NCBI GenBank assembly: GCA_002737365.1
Contig: NSIL01000013.1
Location: forward strand, 3,540-67,539
Length of the DNA: 64,000 nucleotides
Origin: Acidobacterium sp.
GTDB lineage: Bacteria > Acidobacteriota > Vicinamibacteria > Vicinamibacterales > UBA2999
Direction of reading: 5' to 3'
Shown: in pieces, positions 18,813 to 28,053 of the stretch
Layout: every line of letters begins with the position of its first letter
Position numbering within the stretch: the stretch's first letter is position 1
The notes under the pieces: model-generated
Database searches by the model: none
Seen by the model: the letters and a program-made list of their open reading frames with translations, nothing else
Told to the model about the DNA's origin: nothing
Position numbers and translations under genes: made by a program

Positions 18813-20390
18813 CTATCGCGCGAGGCCGAGGCCGCGCAGCGTAGCGCGTGGGTTGATGAGGCCGTCGCCGAACAGGTCGTCGCGACCCGCCGCCCCCTTG
18901 TCGGTCGCGAACTGTTTCATGGCGGCTTCCACCGCCGCCGGACTCGTCACCCCTTGCTGCATCAGCAAAGCGGCAAAGCCCGAGACGTGGGGCGTCGCCA
19001 TCGACGTCCCTTGGAAATAGTAATAGGCAAAGGCGTCGGCCCGCGGTGGACCGTACTGCGCGACCGGCCGCTCGTAGGTTTCGAGCAAGTCGAGGTCGAG
19101 CGTCTGCTGCAGGATGCCGGCGTTGATGCCGCCGGCGCGCTGGTCGCCGCCTGGCGCCGACAGTTCGACGTACGACCCCGAGGTTGAGTAGTACGCCGAG
19201 TCGAGCGTTCGGCCCACCGCGCTGACGGCCACCATGCCGTTGATGTCCGGCGCCGGCTGCGCCAGGCGGTTCGGTTGGTTGCCGCTGGCGCGCGTATTAC
19301 CCGACGCCACCGCAATGAACACCCCCTTGCCGACCGCGTAGCGCATGGCGTCGGTCACGACCGGTGCCGGGCCACCCTCGGAGCGACCGATGCTCAGGTT
19401 GATGACCTTGGCGCCGTTGTCGGCGGCATACCGAATGCCACGCGCCACCACATCGTCAGTGCCTTCATGCGGGCTGGAGAAAATCTCGTCCCAGATGGCC
19501 TGGATGATCTTCACCGGCATGATGCGCACGTTGTACGCCATGCCGGCGCCGCCGAGGCTGTTGTTGGTGAGCTGGCCAACGGTGCCGGTCACGTGCGTGC
19601 CATGCGAATCAAGATCGACGGGAAACGCATCGTCCCAAATGAGGTCGCGTGGCGCCGCGAAGCGGGTCGATCCACTGGTACCCAATTCAGGCGCGGCCGC
19701 GAAGGGCACATCGACGATGCCGAGGGCGGGGTAGATGGGACCACCCGGCACCAGGCGGAACGGGAAACGTGAGTTGTAGCGGAACGTGCCGGAATGAAAC
19801 GCGACGCCGCTGTCGAGCACGGCGACGATGATGCTGGTGGTGCCGCCCGGCTGGATGTCCCACGCCCGCTCCATGTCGATGGCGGGGAAGTTCCACTGGT
19901 TCGCATACAGCGGATCGTTGGGCTTGCTCATCGCGTAGTTGCGATAGCGCGGTTGTGCGTACTCGACTTCAGGCCGCGCTCGCAGCAACGCGGCGGCGGC
20001 CTCGGGATCGGCGGCGTCGGGAATGTCGATGATGTCGAAGTTGGCCCAACCGGATCGATCGACGGTGTCGCCGGCGACCTGCCGGGTGGCGGCGGTCATG
20101 CCGGCGGTGGTCGCCTCGGCCTTGAACTTCACGATCACCGAGCCGCGGAGGTACGACAGGCGATCGCCGGCCTCGGCTCGGAGCCGGTCGGCATCGTCGC
20201 GGCTGCGCGCGGCGCGCGGCGCGTCCTGGTCGCGCAGGCCGCGATCGATCGCCGGCAGCGACGCTTCCTGCACGAGTTGCCGCGTGGCGGCCGGCGCCGG
20301 CGGTTGCTGCCCGGTGCCCTTTGCGGTGAGCAGCCCGGCTCCGACTACGGCCACCAGGCCGACACTTCGGACCGTCTTCAGTACAGTCAT
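18813..20390 (-). CDS. Secreted S8-family (subtilisin-like) serine peptidase
   Basis: It has a signal peptide and the catalytic triad blocks VAVLDSGV (Asp), HGTHVTGT (His) and GTSMATPHVSG (Ser). Confidence 0.9.
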   Translation of the reverse strand: MTVLKTVRSVGLVAVVGAGLLTAKGTGQQPPAPAATRQLVQEASLPAIDRGLRDQDAPRAARSRDDADRLRAEAGDRLSYLRGSVIVKFKAEATTAGMTAATRQVAGDTVDRSGWANFDIIDIPDAADPEAAAALLRARPEVEYAQPRYRNYAMSKPNDPLYANQWNFPAIDMERAWDIQPGGTTSIIVAVLDSGVAFHSGTFRYNSRFPFRLVPGGPIYPALGIVDVPFAAAPELGTSGSTRFAAPRDLIWDDAFPVDLDSHGTHVTGTVGQLTNNSLGGAGMAYNVRIMPVKIIQAIWDEIFSSPHEGTDDVVARGIRYAADNGAKVINLSIGRSEGGPAPVVTDAMRYAVGKGVFIAVASGNTRASGNQPNRLAQPAPDINGMVAVSAVGRTLDSAYYSTSGSYVELSAPGGDQRAGGINAGILQQTLDLDLLETYERPVAQYGPPRADAFAYYYFQGTSMATPHVSGFAALLMQQGVTSPAAVEAAMKQFATDKGAAGRDDLFGDGLINPRATLRGLGLAR

Positions 20391-20570
20391 ACCGACATGT
20401 TAATTGGGAAAAGAGCTCAGGAGTCCTCAAAGACGGTGGAGAGTTGAATCCGGCGCCCCCACAGGTAGACGAGCGGATCGAGCAGAGTGAACTCGCCGAT
20501 CAGCTGCACGTGCGGCAGCGGCTCGGGTGCAGGGAGCAAGGGGATGGCGATGCTTGGGGGGGGAGACGAA

Positions 20571-21923
20571 TTATAGGTACGCCAGCGGGTCGATGCCCAC
20601 CACCGGGCCATCGACCGCTTCGACCACCGCACGGGGATACTCGCCGCGCGAATCGCGATCCCAGGTGTTGGTCAGCAGCGGCATCTCATAGCTTGCGCCC
20701 TTGGAGTCGAGAATCAGCTTCACTTGTGGGCGGAACGGGTCCTCCGGGTGCGTCTGCGTGACGACGCCCACTTCTTCGGTGTTGAGGCGCACCACCGTAC
20801 CGATGGGATACAGCCCCATCAGGTTGACGAAGCGTCGCAGCAACGCGGGATGGAAGGCGGTGCCATCCTGCTGGCCCATGACGTGCTTGATGCGATCGGT
20901 CGCCAGCCCGGCGCGATACGCGCGGTTGCTGCGCAGCGCGTCGAACACGTCGACGATGCTCACCACCATGGTGCACAGGTTCAGGGTGCGGGCGCCGATG
21001 TTCTCCGGGTAGCCGCTCAGGTCCTGCTTCAGGTGATGCTCGAATGCCACCACCGGCGCCAGCGCCGGCGTCTCCGGGGTGCGCCGCAGAATGTGTGCGC
21101 CGTCCACGACGTGCAGCTTCATGATCGTGAACTCTTCGGTGGTCAGCTTGTCGGGCTTATTCAGGATCTCGAGCGGCGTGTGCACCTTGCCGATGTCGTG
21201 CATCAGCGCGGCGAAGCCAAACTCGCGCAGCATCGGCCCTTCGAGGTCGAGCGATCGTGCCATCGCCATCGACAGCGCCGCGACGTTCACCATGTGCGTG
21301 AAGGTGTAGTTGTCGTGGCGCTTGAGGGCGGTGAGGGCGAGCAACGACGTGCGGTCCTGGTAGACCAGCTTCGACAGGCTGTCGATAATGCCGCGGGCGT
21401 CGGCCGGGTCGGGTTGCTCGCCGGCCTCGGCCGCCGTCCAGATCGTCTCCGCGGTCGAGACCGCCTTCGTGTACATCTGCTTCGCCGCCGCCAGGCCGAC
21501 TTCTTCGTCGTTCTTCTCCTCGGTGACGACCTTTGACACCTGGATGCGACGGATGCCGCGCGACGTGAGGCGGTCGTTGACGCCGGTTCTCGACGTGCGG
21601 TCCGCCAGCTCGTCCATCAGGGCGCGCACGTCCGACACCTCCACGCCGCGCGCGAAGGTGATCTTCTCAACCTTGCGATCACGCATGTCGCGCAGCAGGC
21701 CCGCCAGCGAACCCGACCCGCGCGGCAACCGGAAGTCGTTCAGCACCACATCGTCTTCCAGGAAGGCGACGATCACGGTCGGGGAGTCGACGAGCACCGG
21801 CGCGAGGAGGCCGTGCAGCGCGGACGCCGAGCGATCGACCAGTGGATGCGTCGGCGCGTAGAGTTCCGAGGCCCGCACCGCGGCGCCGAGTCGCCGGGCG
21901 ATGTCTTCCTGCGGGGTGATCAT
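20571..21923 (-). CDS. HD-GYP domain c-di-GMP phosphodiesterase with an N-terminal sensory module
   Basis: This is the track ORF 20571..22085 trimmed to the ATG at 21923, which overlaps the upstream stop (ATGA). It has HDIGK and HHLKQDLSGYP (HD...GYP) motifs. Confidence 0.88.
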   Translation of the reverse strand: MITPQEDIARRLGAAVRASELYAPTHPLVDRSASALHGLLAPVLVDSPTVIVAFLEDDVVLNDFRLPRGSGSLAGLLRDMRDRKVEKITFARGVEVSDVRALMDELADRTSRTGVNDRLTSRGIRRIQVSKVVTEEKNDEEVGLAAAKQMYTKAVSTAETIWTAAEAGEQPDPADARGIIDSLSKLVYQDRTSLLALTALKRHDNYTFTHMVNVAALSMAMARSLDLEGPMLREFGFAALMHDIGKVHTPLEILNKPDKLTTEEFTIMKLHVVDGAHILRRTPETPALAPVVAFEHHLKQDLSGYPENIGARTLNLCTMVVSIVDVFDALRSNRAYRAGLATDRIKHVMGQQDGTAFHPALLRRFVNLMGLYPIGTVVRLNTEEVGVVTQTHPEDPFRPQVKLILDSKGASYEMPLLTNTWDRDSRGEYPRAVVEAVDGPVVGIDPLAYL

Positions 21924-24139
21924 GCCGGTGACCGTGTCGCGGCGGCTGCGGCCAGGCGCCGCAGAAAGAAGTCGCCCGTCTTCCCCAGGTCGGCCAGCGT
22001 CTGCCTGGCCTTCGGTGTCCCGATTCGTGAGAGCGTGCGGAGCGACACCTCGCGCAGTTGCGTGGTCTTGCCCCAGGCCAGCCATCGCCGCCGTCTCGCC
22101 GTGGCCGCAATCTGCGCCAGCGCGCGGTCGTCGCGGAACGAGGCCAGCGCGTCGAGGGTATCGAGCACCATCGACAGGTCATCACCGAACGGGTCACTGT
22201 CGTCGAGAATGCGCCCCAGCATCGGCACCACGCGTGGATCCTTGAGGCCGACCAGCGCGGCAATCACGGCGGCGCGCGCCTCGCCCGCGGTGGCCTTGAG
22301 CACCATCTGCATGGCCCGCGCGGCGGCTGGGTGATCGATTCGCGCGAGCGACGACACCGCCGCGTGCATGACGCGCACGTCCGTGCGCCGCAGCAAGGCT
22401 TGCAGCGGCGGCACCGCGGCCGGGGTGCCGATCTGCCCCAGCAGCTTGGCGAGTTCGCGCTGCACGAACCAACGCTGGTCATCAATTGCCGCGGCCAGGC
22501 CGGGAATGGCCGCGGTGCCGAGCTTGCCGAGCAGGTGCGACGCGCGCTCCGTGGCCCCGCCGCCCTCCTTTTTCCGGTACACGCCGAGCAGCGCGGGCAC
22601 CGCGGGCGCACCGATGCCGCGCACGGCGGTCTCGAAATGGGCGAGGTCATCCCTAGACAAATCGGCGAGTCCCAGCGCGGCTTCGGCCAGCGCGCTGGAC
22701 CCGCCGAGGCCATCGAGCGCGCGGCGACAGGCATCGGGCGCCAGCGACGGCTGGCGGGTGATCGCCGCGCCCAGCTCGGTCACGACTGGCACCACATCCG
22801 CGAAGGCCCCGGCGAGCAGGAGTTCTTCAGCGAAGGCCGCCATGTCGCGCGCGGTCTCGGCCATCCGCTCGGCTTGCGACTCGTTGCGCAGCAGGTCGAT
22901 CAGCAACTGGCCTGACAACCGGCGGACGCTTTCGTGCCTGAGCGTCTCGAGCCACTCGGCCATTTCCGGCGGCAGGCCGCGGGCCGCCAGGTCGGCGGCG
23001 CGCTCGCCGGCCGAGTCCATCGACGCCCGGTACTCGCCCGACACGTACGTCGACTCGTCGTACCTGAGCAGCAACTCGTCGAGCGACTGCCGAATGTCGT
23101 CGATCGGCCGCTTGCTGCCGAAGTCGCGTTCCGAGATCAACCGCTTGGTCAGGGTCAGCACGCGCCGCTTGCGCTCGACGTCGGGCGCCAGGGTGTCGAG
23201 CACCTTCGCCAGCCGGCTGGTCGGGTGGCCCGGCGATGACAGGGCGCGCGCCAGCAGCATGGCGACTTGCTGATCGTCGAAGCCCTGCTTGAGCACGCCG
23301 ACAATCGGCACCCCTTCGCCCGCGCTCTCTTCCTGCAGCATCAGTTCGAGCGCGGTCGGCGAGTCAAGATTCGACGCCGCCAACGCCAGCGACTGGATGA
23401 CCTCCTGCACACGCTCCGGCGCGAGGGCGGCCACGGTCTTGGCGATGTGGCGATAGACCGCGAGCACGGTGGCCGCCTGCGTGGTCACCAGCGGTGAGCC
23501 GTCAGGCGTGGTGAAGGCCTCCATGCTGTCCTTCGCCAGCTCGCCGATGGCGCCGACGTCGCGCGAGAGTTCGAGCAGGCGCTGTTGCTCCTCGGCGGTA
23601 AACGTCGAGCGGCCCATGATGATGGACCGGACGACCGCCTTCCAGGTGGAGTCGCGGCGCGCCGGCCCCTCGTCCATCTCGCGCTCGAGCAGTGCCTGGT
23701 AGTCGATCTGCTTAATGAGAATGGCCGCCTGGTCTTCTGCCTCCCAGATGGCGGCCGGCCCGCCGCGCGCGCGCCGGGTCTCGCGATCGAGCGACAGGAC
23801 CGCCAGCAACGACCGGATGACGGCCACGGCCGGCGCCATCAGCACCGTGACTTGCAGGATGTCGCGATTGTGCAGCAGCTCGGCGCATTCAACCACCGCC
23901 AAGTCGGTCGAATCGAGGGCGATGCCGTCGAGCAGGAGCTGATGCGGCGTGACAGCGAGCTGCATCATGCCGCCCGACGCGGCCTCGGTGGCCGCCGTCG
24001 CCAGGCGCTCCACCGCCAGCACCACGGCCGGGTGCTCAGGCGGGTAGAAGCCCCAACTGCGCAGCGCGATGGTAATCGCGCGCGCCAGGTTGACCGCGCT
24101 TCGGGTGATCTCGGCGGCCGACGCCGCTCGCTGGGCCAT
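21920..24139 (-). CDS. HEAT-repeat protein (about 740 aa) translationally coupled to the HD-GYP gene
   Basis: The C-terminal third contains repeated HEAT/PBS-lyase-like units (AIPGLAAAIDDQRWFVQRELAKLLGQIG; AVPPLQALLRRTDVRVMHAAVSSLARID; VVPMLGRILDD...). I chose the start at M32 (ATG 24139), because the ATG at 24232 would overlap divergent deoA by about 60 nt. Confidence 0.72.
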   Translation of the reverse strand: MAQRAASAAEITRSAVNLARAITIALRSWGFYPPEHPAVVLAVERLATAATEAASGGMMQLAVTPHQLLLDGIALDSTDLAVVECAELLHNRDILQVTVLMAPAVAVIRSLLAVLSLDRETRRARGGPAAIWEAEDQAAILIKQIDYQALLEREMDEGPARRDSTWKAVVRSIIMGRSTFTAEEQQRLLELSRDVGAIGELAKDSMEAFTTPDGSPLVTTQAATVLAVYRHIAKTVAALAPERVQEVIQSLALAASNLDSPTALELMLQEESAGEGVPIVGVLKQGFDDQQVAMLLARALSSPGHPTSRLAKVLDTLAPDVERKRRVLTLTKRLISERDFGSKRPIDDIRQSLDELLLRYDESTYVSGEYRASMDSAGERAADLAARGLPPEMAEWLETLRHESVRRLSGQLLIDLLRNESQAERMAETARDMAAFAEELLLAGAFADVVPVVTELGAAITRQPSLAPDACRRALDGLGGSSALAEAALGLADLSRDDLAHFETAVRGIGAPAVPALLGVYRKKEGGGATERASHLLGKLGTAAIPGLAAAIDDQRWFVQRELAKLLGQIGTPAAVPPLQALLRRTDVRVMHAAVSSLARIDHPAAARAMQMVLKATAGEARAAVIAALVGLKDPRVVPMLGRILDDSDPFGDDLSMVLDTLDALASFRDDRALAQIAATARRRRWLAWGKTTQLREVSLRTLSRIGTPKARQTLADLGKTGDFFLRRLAAAAATRSPA

Positions 24140-24153
24140 GCGAACACCTACGA

Positions 24154-24159
24154 TATACT
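24154..24159 (+). promoter_or_regulatory. Candidate -10 box (TATACT) in the 31-bp divergent gap between the HEAT gene and deoA
   Basis: CGATATACTG is near-palindromic, reading TATACT on the plus strand (11 nt before the deoA ATG at 24171) and TATATC on the minus strand (12 nt before the ATG at 24139). Confidence 0.35.
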
Positions 24160-24170
24160 GCCGACCGTCC

Positions 24171-25508
24171 ATGCGAGCCGTCGACACCATTCGTGCCAAG
24201 CGGGACGGCGACGCACTGTCGCGGGAGGCCATCGAGGCCTTTGTTACCGGCGTGACCGACGGCTCGTGGCCCGACTACCAGGCCTCAGCGCTGCTGATGG
24301 CGATCGTCCTCAAGGGCATGAACCCCGTCGAGACGGCGTGGCTCACCGACGCCATGGCCCGATCGGGCGACCGCGTCGACCTGAGCTACATTCCCGGCAT
24401 TAAGGTCGGCAAGCACAGCACGGGCGGCGTGGGCGACAAGGTCTCCATCATTCTGGCGCCGCTCGCGGCGGCGTGCGGCGTCACGGTCCCCAAGATGTCG
24501 GGTCGTGGGCTGGGGCATACGGGCGGCACACTCGACAAGCTGGAGAGCATCCCGGGGTTCCGAGTTGCCCTGTCGCTTCAGGAATACGTCGCGCAGCTCA
24601 CCGAGATTGGCTGCTGCCTGATCGGCCAGACCGCCACCATCGCTCCCGCTGACAAAACCCTATACGCCCTGCGCGATGTCACCGGCACGGTCGAGAGCCT
24701 GCCACTGATCGCGTCTTCGGTGATGAGTAAGAAACTCGCCGAAGGCAGTGGCGCCCTGGTGCTCGACGTCAAGTGCGGGCGTGGTGCGTTCATGAAGCGC
24801 CCGGCCGAGGCGCGGGCACTGGCCCGGTCGATGGTGTCGATCGGTACGGCGTCGGGGGTGAGGACCGAATGCTTCATCACCCGAATGGATGTTCCGCTGG
24901 GCCGCGCGGTGGGCAACGCCCTCGAGATTACCGAATGCCTCGAGGTGCTGCGCGGGCACGGCCCCGTCGACCTGATCGAGCTGGTCGTGCGCCTGGGTAC
25001 CCGCATGGTGCGCCTGGCCGAGAAGGCGCCGACCGATGAGGAAGCCACCGCCATGGTGCGACAGGCGCTGTCGTCGGGAGCAGCCCTCGCGAAGTTCACT
25101 GCCATGGTCGTGAGGCAGGGTGGCGATCCCCGCGTCGTGGACGACCCCAGCCGCCTGCCGTCGGCCGCGCTGTCGCACGTCATGACCGCGCCGCGCAGTG
25201 GTGTCGTGACGGCCGTCGACGCGCTGCTGGTCGGCCGCGCCGCCGTGGCGCTTGGCGCCGGCCGCGACCAGAAGGGCGATGCGGTGGATTTGTCTGCTGG
25301 TCTGCTGTTGAGAAAGAAGCCCGGTGAAGCCGTCACCGCCGGCGAGCCGGTCATGGAACTGCGCTATAACGACCCGGTGCGGCTGGCGGCGGCGCTGCCG
25401 CTGGTGACGCAGGCGATGGTGATTGGCGACCGGCCGCCCGCCGATGAGCCCCTCGTGCTCGGCTGGGTGCACGATCGGGGCGAGACGATGTTCGTGGTCA
25501 GTGCGTAG
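24171..25508 (+). CDS. deoA: Thymidine / pyrimidine-nucleoside phosphorylase
   Basis: This is the track ORF 24069..25508 trimmed to MRAVDTIRAKRDG. It has SGRGLGHTGGTLDKLESIPG and KHSTGGVGDK blocks and is about 445 aa. Confidence 0.92.
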   Translation: MRAVDTIRAKRDGDALSREAIEAFVTGVTDGSWPDYQASALLMAIVLKGMNPVETAWLTDAMARSGDRVDLSYIPGIKVGKHSTGGVGDKVSIILAPLAAACGVTVPKMSGRGLGHTGGTLDKLESIPGFRVALSLQEYVAQLTEIGCCLIGQTATIAPADKTLYALRDVTGTVESLPLIASSVMSKKLAEGSGALVLDVKCGRGAFMKRPAEARALARSMVSIGTASGVRTECFITRMDVPLGRAVGNALEITECLEVLRGHGPVDLIELVVRLGTRMVRLAEKAPTDEEATAMVRQALSSGAALAKFTAMVVRQGGDPRVVDDPSRLPSAALSHVMTAPRSGVVTAVDALLVGRAAVALGAGRDQKGDAVDLSAGLLLRKKPGEAVTAGEPVMELRYNDPVRLAAALPLVTQAMVIGDRPPADEPLVLGWVHDRGETMFVVSA

Positions 25509-25526
25509 GACGAAAATGAGGGACAG

Positions 25527-26795
25527 GTGGGAGTGTTGAGCACGCTGCAACCGCTGATTGGCCTCGTCGGCATTCTCGGGCTGGCGTATGCCTTGTCGAC
25601 CAACCGCAAGGCCATCAGCCCGCGTGTGGTCGGCTGGGGACTTGGCCTCCAGGTGCTGTTTGCGCTGATCGTGCTCAAGACCAGCATCGGCCAGAGCGTC
25701 TTCACGGTGCTAGGCGACAAGATGCGCCAGTTGCTCGAGTTCTCAATCGTGGGCTCGGGCTTCGTCTTCGGCGCACTCGGTGATGGCTCGGTGTGGAGCC
25801 GCGTCATGACCGGTGCGCTCGGCGAAGAAGGCGCGCGCTACGGCGTGGTGTTCGCGTTCCAAATCCTGCCCACCATCATCTTCATCGCCGCGCTGTTTGC
25901 CATTCTCTACTTCATCGGCGTGATGCAGTTCGTCGTCCGTCTGTTTGCCGTGGTCATGAACAAGGTGATGGGGGCCAGCGGCGCGGAGTCGCTGAATGTC
26001 GCCGCCAGCATCTTCATGGGGCAGACCGAGGCGCCGTTGACGATTCGGCCGTTCCTGGCGCGCATGACGCAGTCGGAATTGATGACGGTGATGACGTCGG
26101 GCATGGCCCACATTTCAGGCGGCATCATGGCCGCTTACATCGCGTTCGGCATCGACGCCAAGCACCTGCTGACCGCGGTGATCATGACGGCGCCAGGCAC
26201 CTTGATGATGGCCAAGATGTTCGTGCCCGAGACCGAAACGCCGGAGACGCGCGCTACCGTCAAGCTCGAAGTGGTCAACGAAGACGTCAACATCATTGAT
26301 GCCGCGGGCCGCGGCACGGCCGAAGGCCTGCACCTCGCACTAAACGTCGGCGCGATGCTGATCTCGTTTGTGGCCTTGATCGCCCTGGTCAACGCGATTC
26401 TCGGCGCCGCCGGTGGCTGGGTGGGCCTCCAGGGCTTTTCGCTGCAGACCATTTTTGGCTGGGTGTTTTCGCCAGTCGCGTGGAGCCTGGGGGTGCCGTG
26501 GAAGGACGCCGCCACGATCGGCAACCTGCTTGGCACGCGCATGGTGCTCAACGAGTTCATCGCCTTCGCACAGTTGGGCGGCATGAAGGACGTGCTCGAT
26601 CCGAAGTCGTTCACCATCGCGACCTTTGCGCTGTGTGGCTTTGCCAACTTCGCGTCGATCGGCATGCAGATTGGCGGCATCGGCGCGCTGGCGCCGTCGC
26701 GGCGTGGCGACCTGGCCCGGCTCGGTCTGCGCGCCATGCTCGCCGGTACGCTGGCGAACTTTCTGACCGCCATCATCGTGGGCTTCCTGTTGTGA
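25527..26795 (+). CDS. nupC: NupC/CNT-family concentrative nucleoside transporter
   Basis: It is a polytopic protein with FGWVFSPVAWSLGVPW, NEFIAF and GFANFASIG blocks. The start is GTG (25527; GTG 25533 is also possible). Confidence 0.9.
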   Translation: MGVLSTLQPLIGLVGILGLAYALSTNRKAISPRVVGWGLGLQVLFALIVLKTSIGQSVFTVLGDKMRQLLEFSIVGSGFVFGALGDGSVWSRVMTGALGEEGARYGVVFAFQILPTIIFIAALFAILYFIGVMQFVVRLFAVVMNKVMGASGAESLNVAASIFMGQTEAPLTIRPFLARMTQSELMTVMTSGMAHISGGIMAAYIAFGIDAKHLLTAVIMTAPGTLMMAKMFVPETETPETRATVKLEVVNEDVNIIDAAGRGTAEGLHLALNVGAMLISFVALIALVNAILGAAGGWVGLQGFSLQTIFGWVFSPVAWSLGVPWKDAATIGNLLGTRMVLNEFIAFAQLGGMKDVLDPKSFTIATFALCGFANFASIGMQIGGIGALAPSRRGDLARLGLRAMLAGTLANFLTAIIVGFLL

Positions 26796-27625
26796 GCCGC
26801 TCCGGGATCGGGGACTTCGAACGTGCGACCGAAGCTGCTGAGTGGCTGCGGGGGCACGGCTGCGGCGGCGCGAACGTGGCGGTCGTCCTGGGATCGGGAC
26901 TCGGCGACTTCGCCGAGCACCTCGGTGAGTCGTTCACCATCCCGTACGAGGACATTCCGCATTGGCCGGCGTCGCGTGTGATTGGTCATGCCGGCAAGCT
27001 GGTGGGCGGCACGTTGCGCGGCAAGCAGGTCCTGGCGTTGTCGGGGCGCGTGCATGCCTACGAAGGTCACGACCTGCCGACGGTGACCTTTGCCATGCGC
27101 GTCATGGGCCGTCTCGGCGTCCCGCAGGTCATCCTCACCAACGCCGCCGGCGGCATCTCTCCCAACTGCTCGCGCGGCGCCCTCATGGTGATCGACGACC
27201 ACATCAACCTGATGGGCAACAACCCGCTGGTGGGTCCCAACGACGAACGCTACGGCCTGCGCTTTCCCGACATGACCCATGTCTACTCGCCGCGGTTGCG
27301 GGCGATCGCCGACGCGGCGGCAGCGGAGCAGGGCGCGCCCGTGCAGCACGGCGTCTATGTCGCCGTCCTCGGTCCCAGCTACGAGACACCGGCCGAGATC
27401 CGCGCGTTTCGCGTGCTGGGCGCCGATGCCGTTGGCATGTCTACCGCGCCGGAAGCGAGCGTGGCCCGCCACATGGGCCTCGAGGTGCTGGGCATCTCGT
27501 GCATTACCAACCCAGCCGCCGGCGTGTTCCCGGAACCGTTGCACCACGATGAGGTGATGGCGACGGCGCACCAGGTGAAGGGGCAATTCATTGGGCTGCT
27601 GGAGCGGATCATTGCCCGCCTCTGA
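26792..27625 (+). CDS. punA: Purine nucleoside phosphorylase, trimeric PunA type
   Basis: This is the track ORF 26480..27625 trimmed to the GTG at 26792, which overlaps the nupC stop (GTGA). It has VVLGSGLG, VIGHAGKLVGGTLRGKQVLALSGRVHAYEGH, LTNAAGGI and GADAVGMSTAPE. Confidence 0.9.
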   Translation: MSRSGIGDFERATEAAEWLRGHGCGGANVAVVLGSGLGDFAEHLGESFTIPYEDIPHWPASRVIGHAGKLVGGTLRGKQVLALSGRVHAYEGHDLPTVTFAMRVMGRLGVPQVILTNAAGGISPNCSRGALMVIDDHINLMGNNPLVGPNDERYGLRFPDMTHVYSPRLRAIADAAAAEQGAPVQHGVYVAVLGPSYETPAEIRAFRVLGADAVGMSTAPEASVARHMGLEVLGISCITNPAAGVFPEPLHHDEVMATAHQVKGQFIGLLERIIARL

Positions 27626-28004
27626 ACTCCTGGTCGAGGCGGCGCGGGCCGCTCGCGAGCGGGCGGTGGCCGACTATTCCGGCTTCAAGGTCGGCGCCGC
27701 GCTTGAGACCATCGACGGCCACATCATCACCGGCTGCAACATCGAGAACGCGACCTACGGCCTGACGGTGTGCGCCGAGCGCGTTGCCATCTTCAAGGCG
27801 ATCTCCGAGGGCCATCGTGCCTTCCGCCGCCTTGTCGTCGTGGCCGACACCGCATCACCGACGCCGCCCTGCGGCGCTTGCCGGCAGATCATGTGGGAGT
27901 TTTGTGGCGACATCGAGGTCGTGATGGCCAACCTCGAGACGGTCACCGCGACCCTGCAAATGCGAGAGCTGTTGCCCCTTCCGTTCGACCAGCGACTGTT
28001 GTAG
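27591..28004 (+). CDS. cdd: Cytidine deaminase
   Basis: It has [28 protein letters not shown] (CAE zinc/catalytic motif) and PCGACRQ. The ATG at 27591 overlaps punA by 35 nt; a TTG at 27612 is an alternative start. Confidence 0.88.
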   Translation: MGCWSGSLPASELLVEAARAARERAVADYSGFKVGAALETIDGHIITGCNIENATYGLTVCAERVAIFKAISEGHRAFRRLVVVADTASPTPPCGACRQIMWEFCGDIEVVMANLETVTATLQMRELLPLPFDQRLL

Positions 28005-28014
28005 TTCGGGTTGG

Positions 28015-28037
28015 CCCCAAGCCCCAAGCCCCAAGCC
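28015..28037. repeat. Tandem heptamer (CCCCAAG)x3
   Basis: Three perfect CCCCAAG units (28015-28035) followed by CC lie just after the cdd stop. The reverse complement CTTGGGG is the unit in the left arm of the rng terminator at 16934. Confidence 0.6.
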
Positions 28038-28053
28038 TGTAGAATATTCCCGA

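Noticed and set aside
20391-20570. A small ORF at 20417..20632 (-), 71 aa, in the gap between the S8 protease start and the HD-GYP stop.
   Set aside because: It overlaps the 3' end of the HD-GYP gene in another frame, has a Trp/Arg-rich N-terminus, and has no start-site signals. It is probably non-coding promoter and terminator space.
28015-28037. Whether the heptamer arrays could be a CRISPR array or a telomere-like repeat.
   Set aside because: The units are only 7 nt, there are three copies and no spacers, and no cas genes are present. This is a simple tandem micro-repeat.
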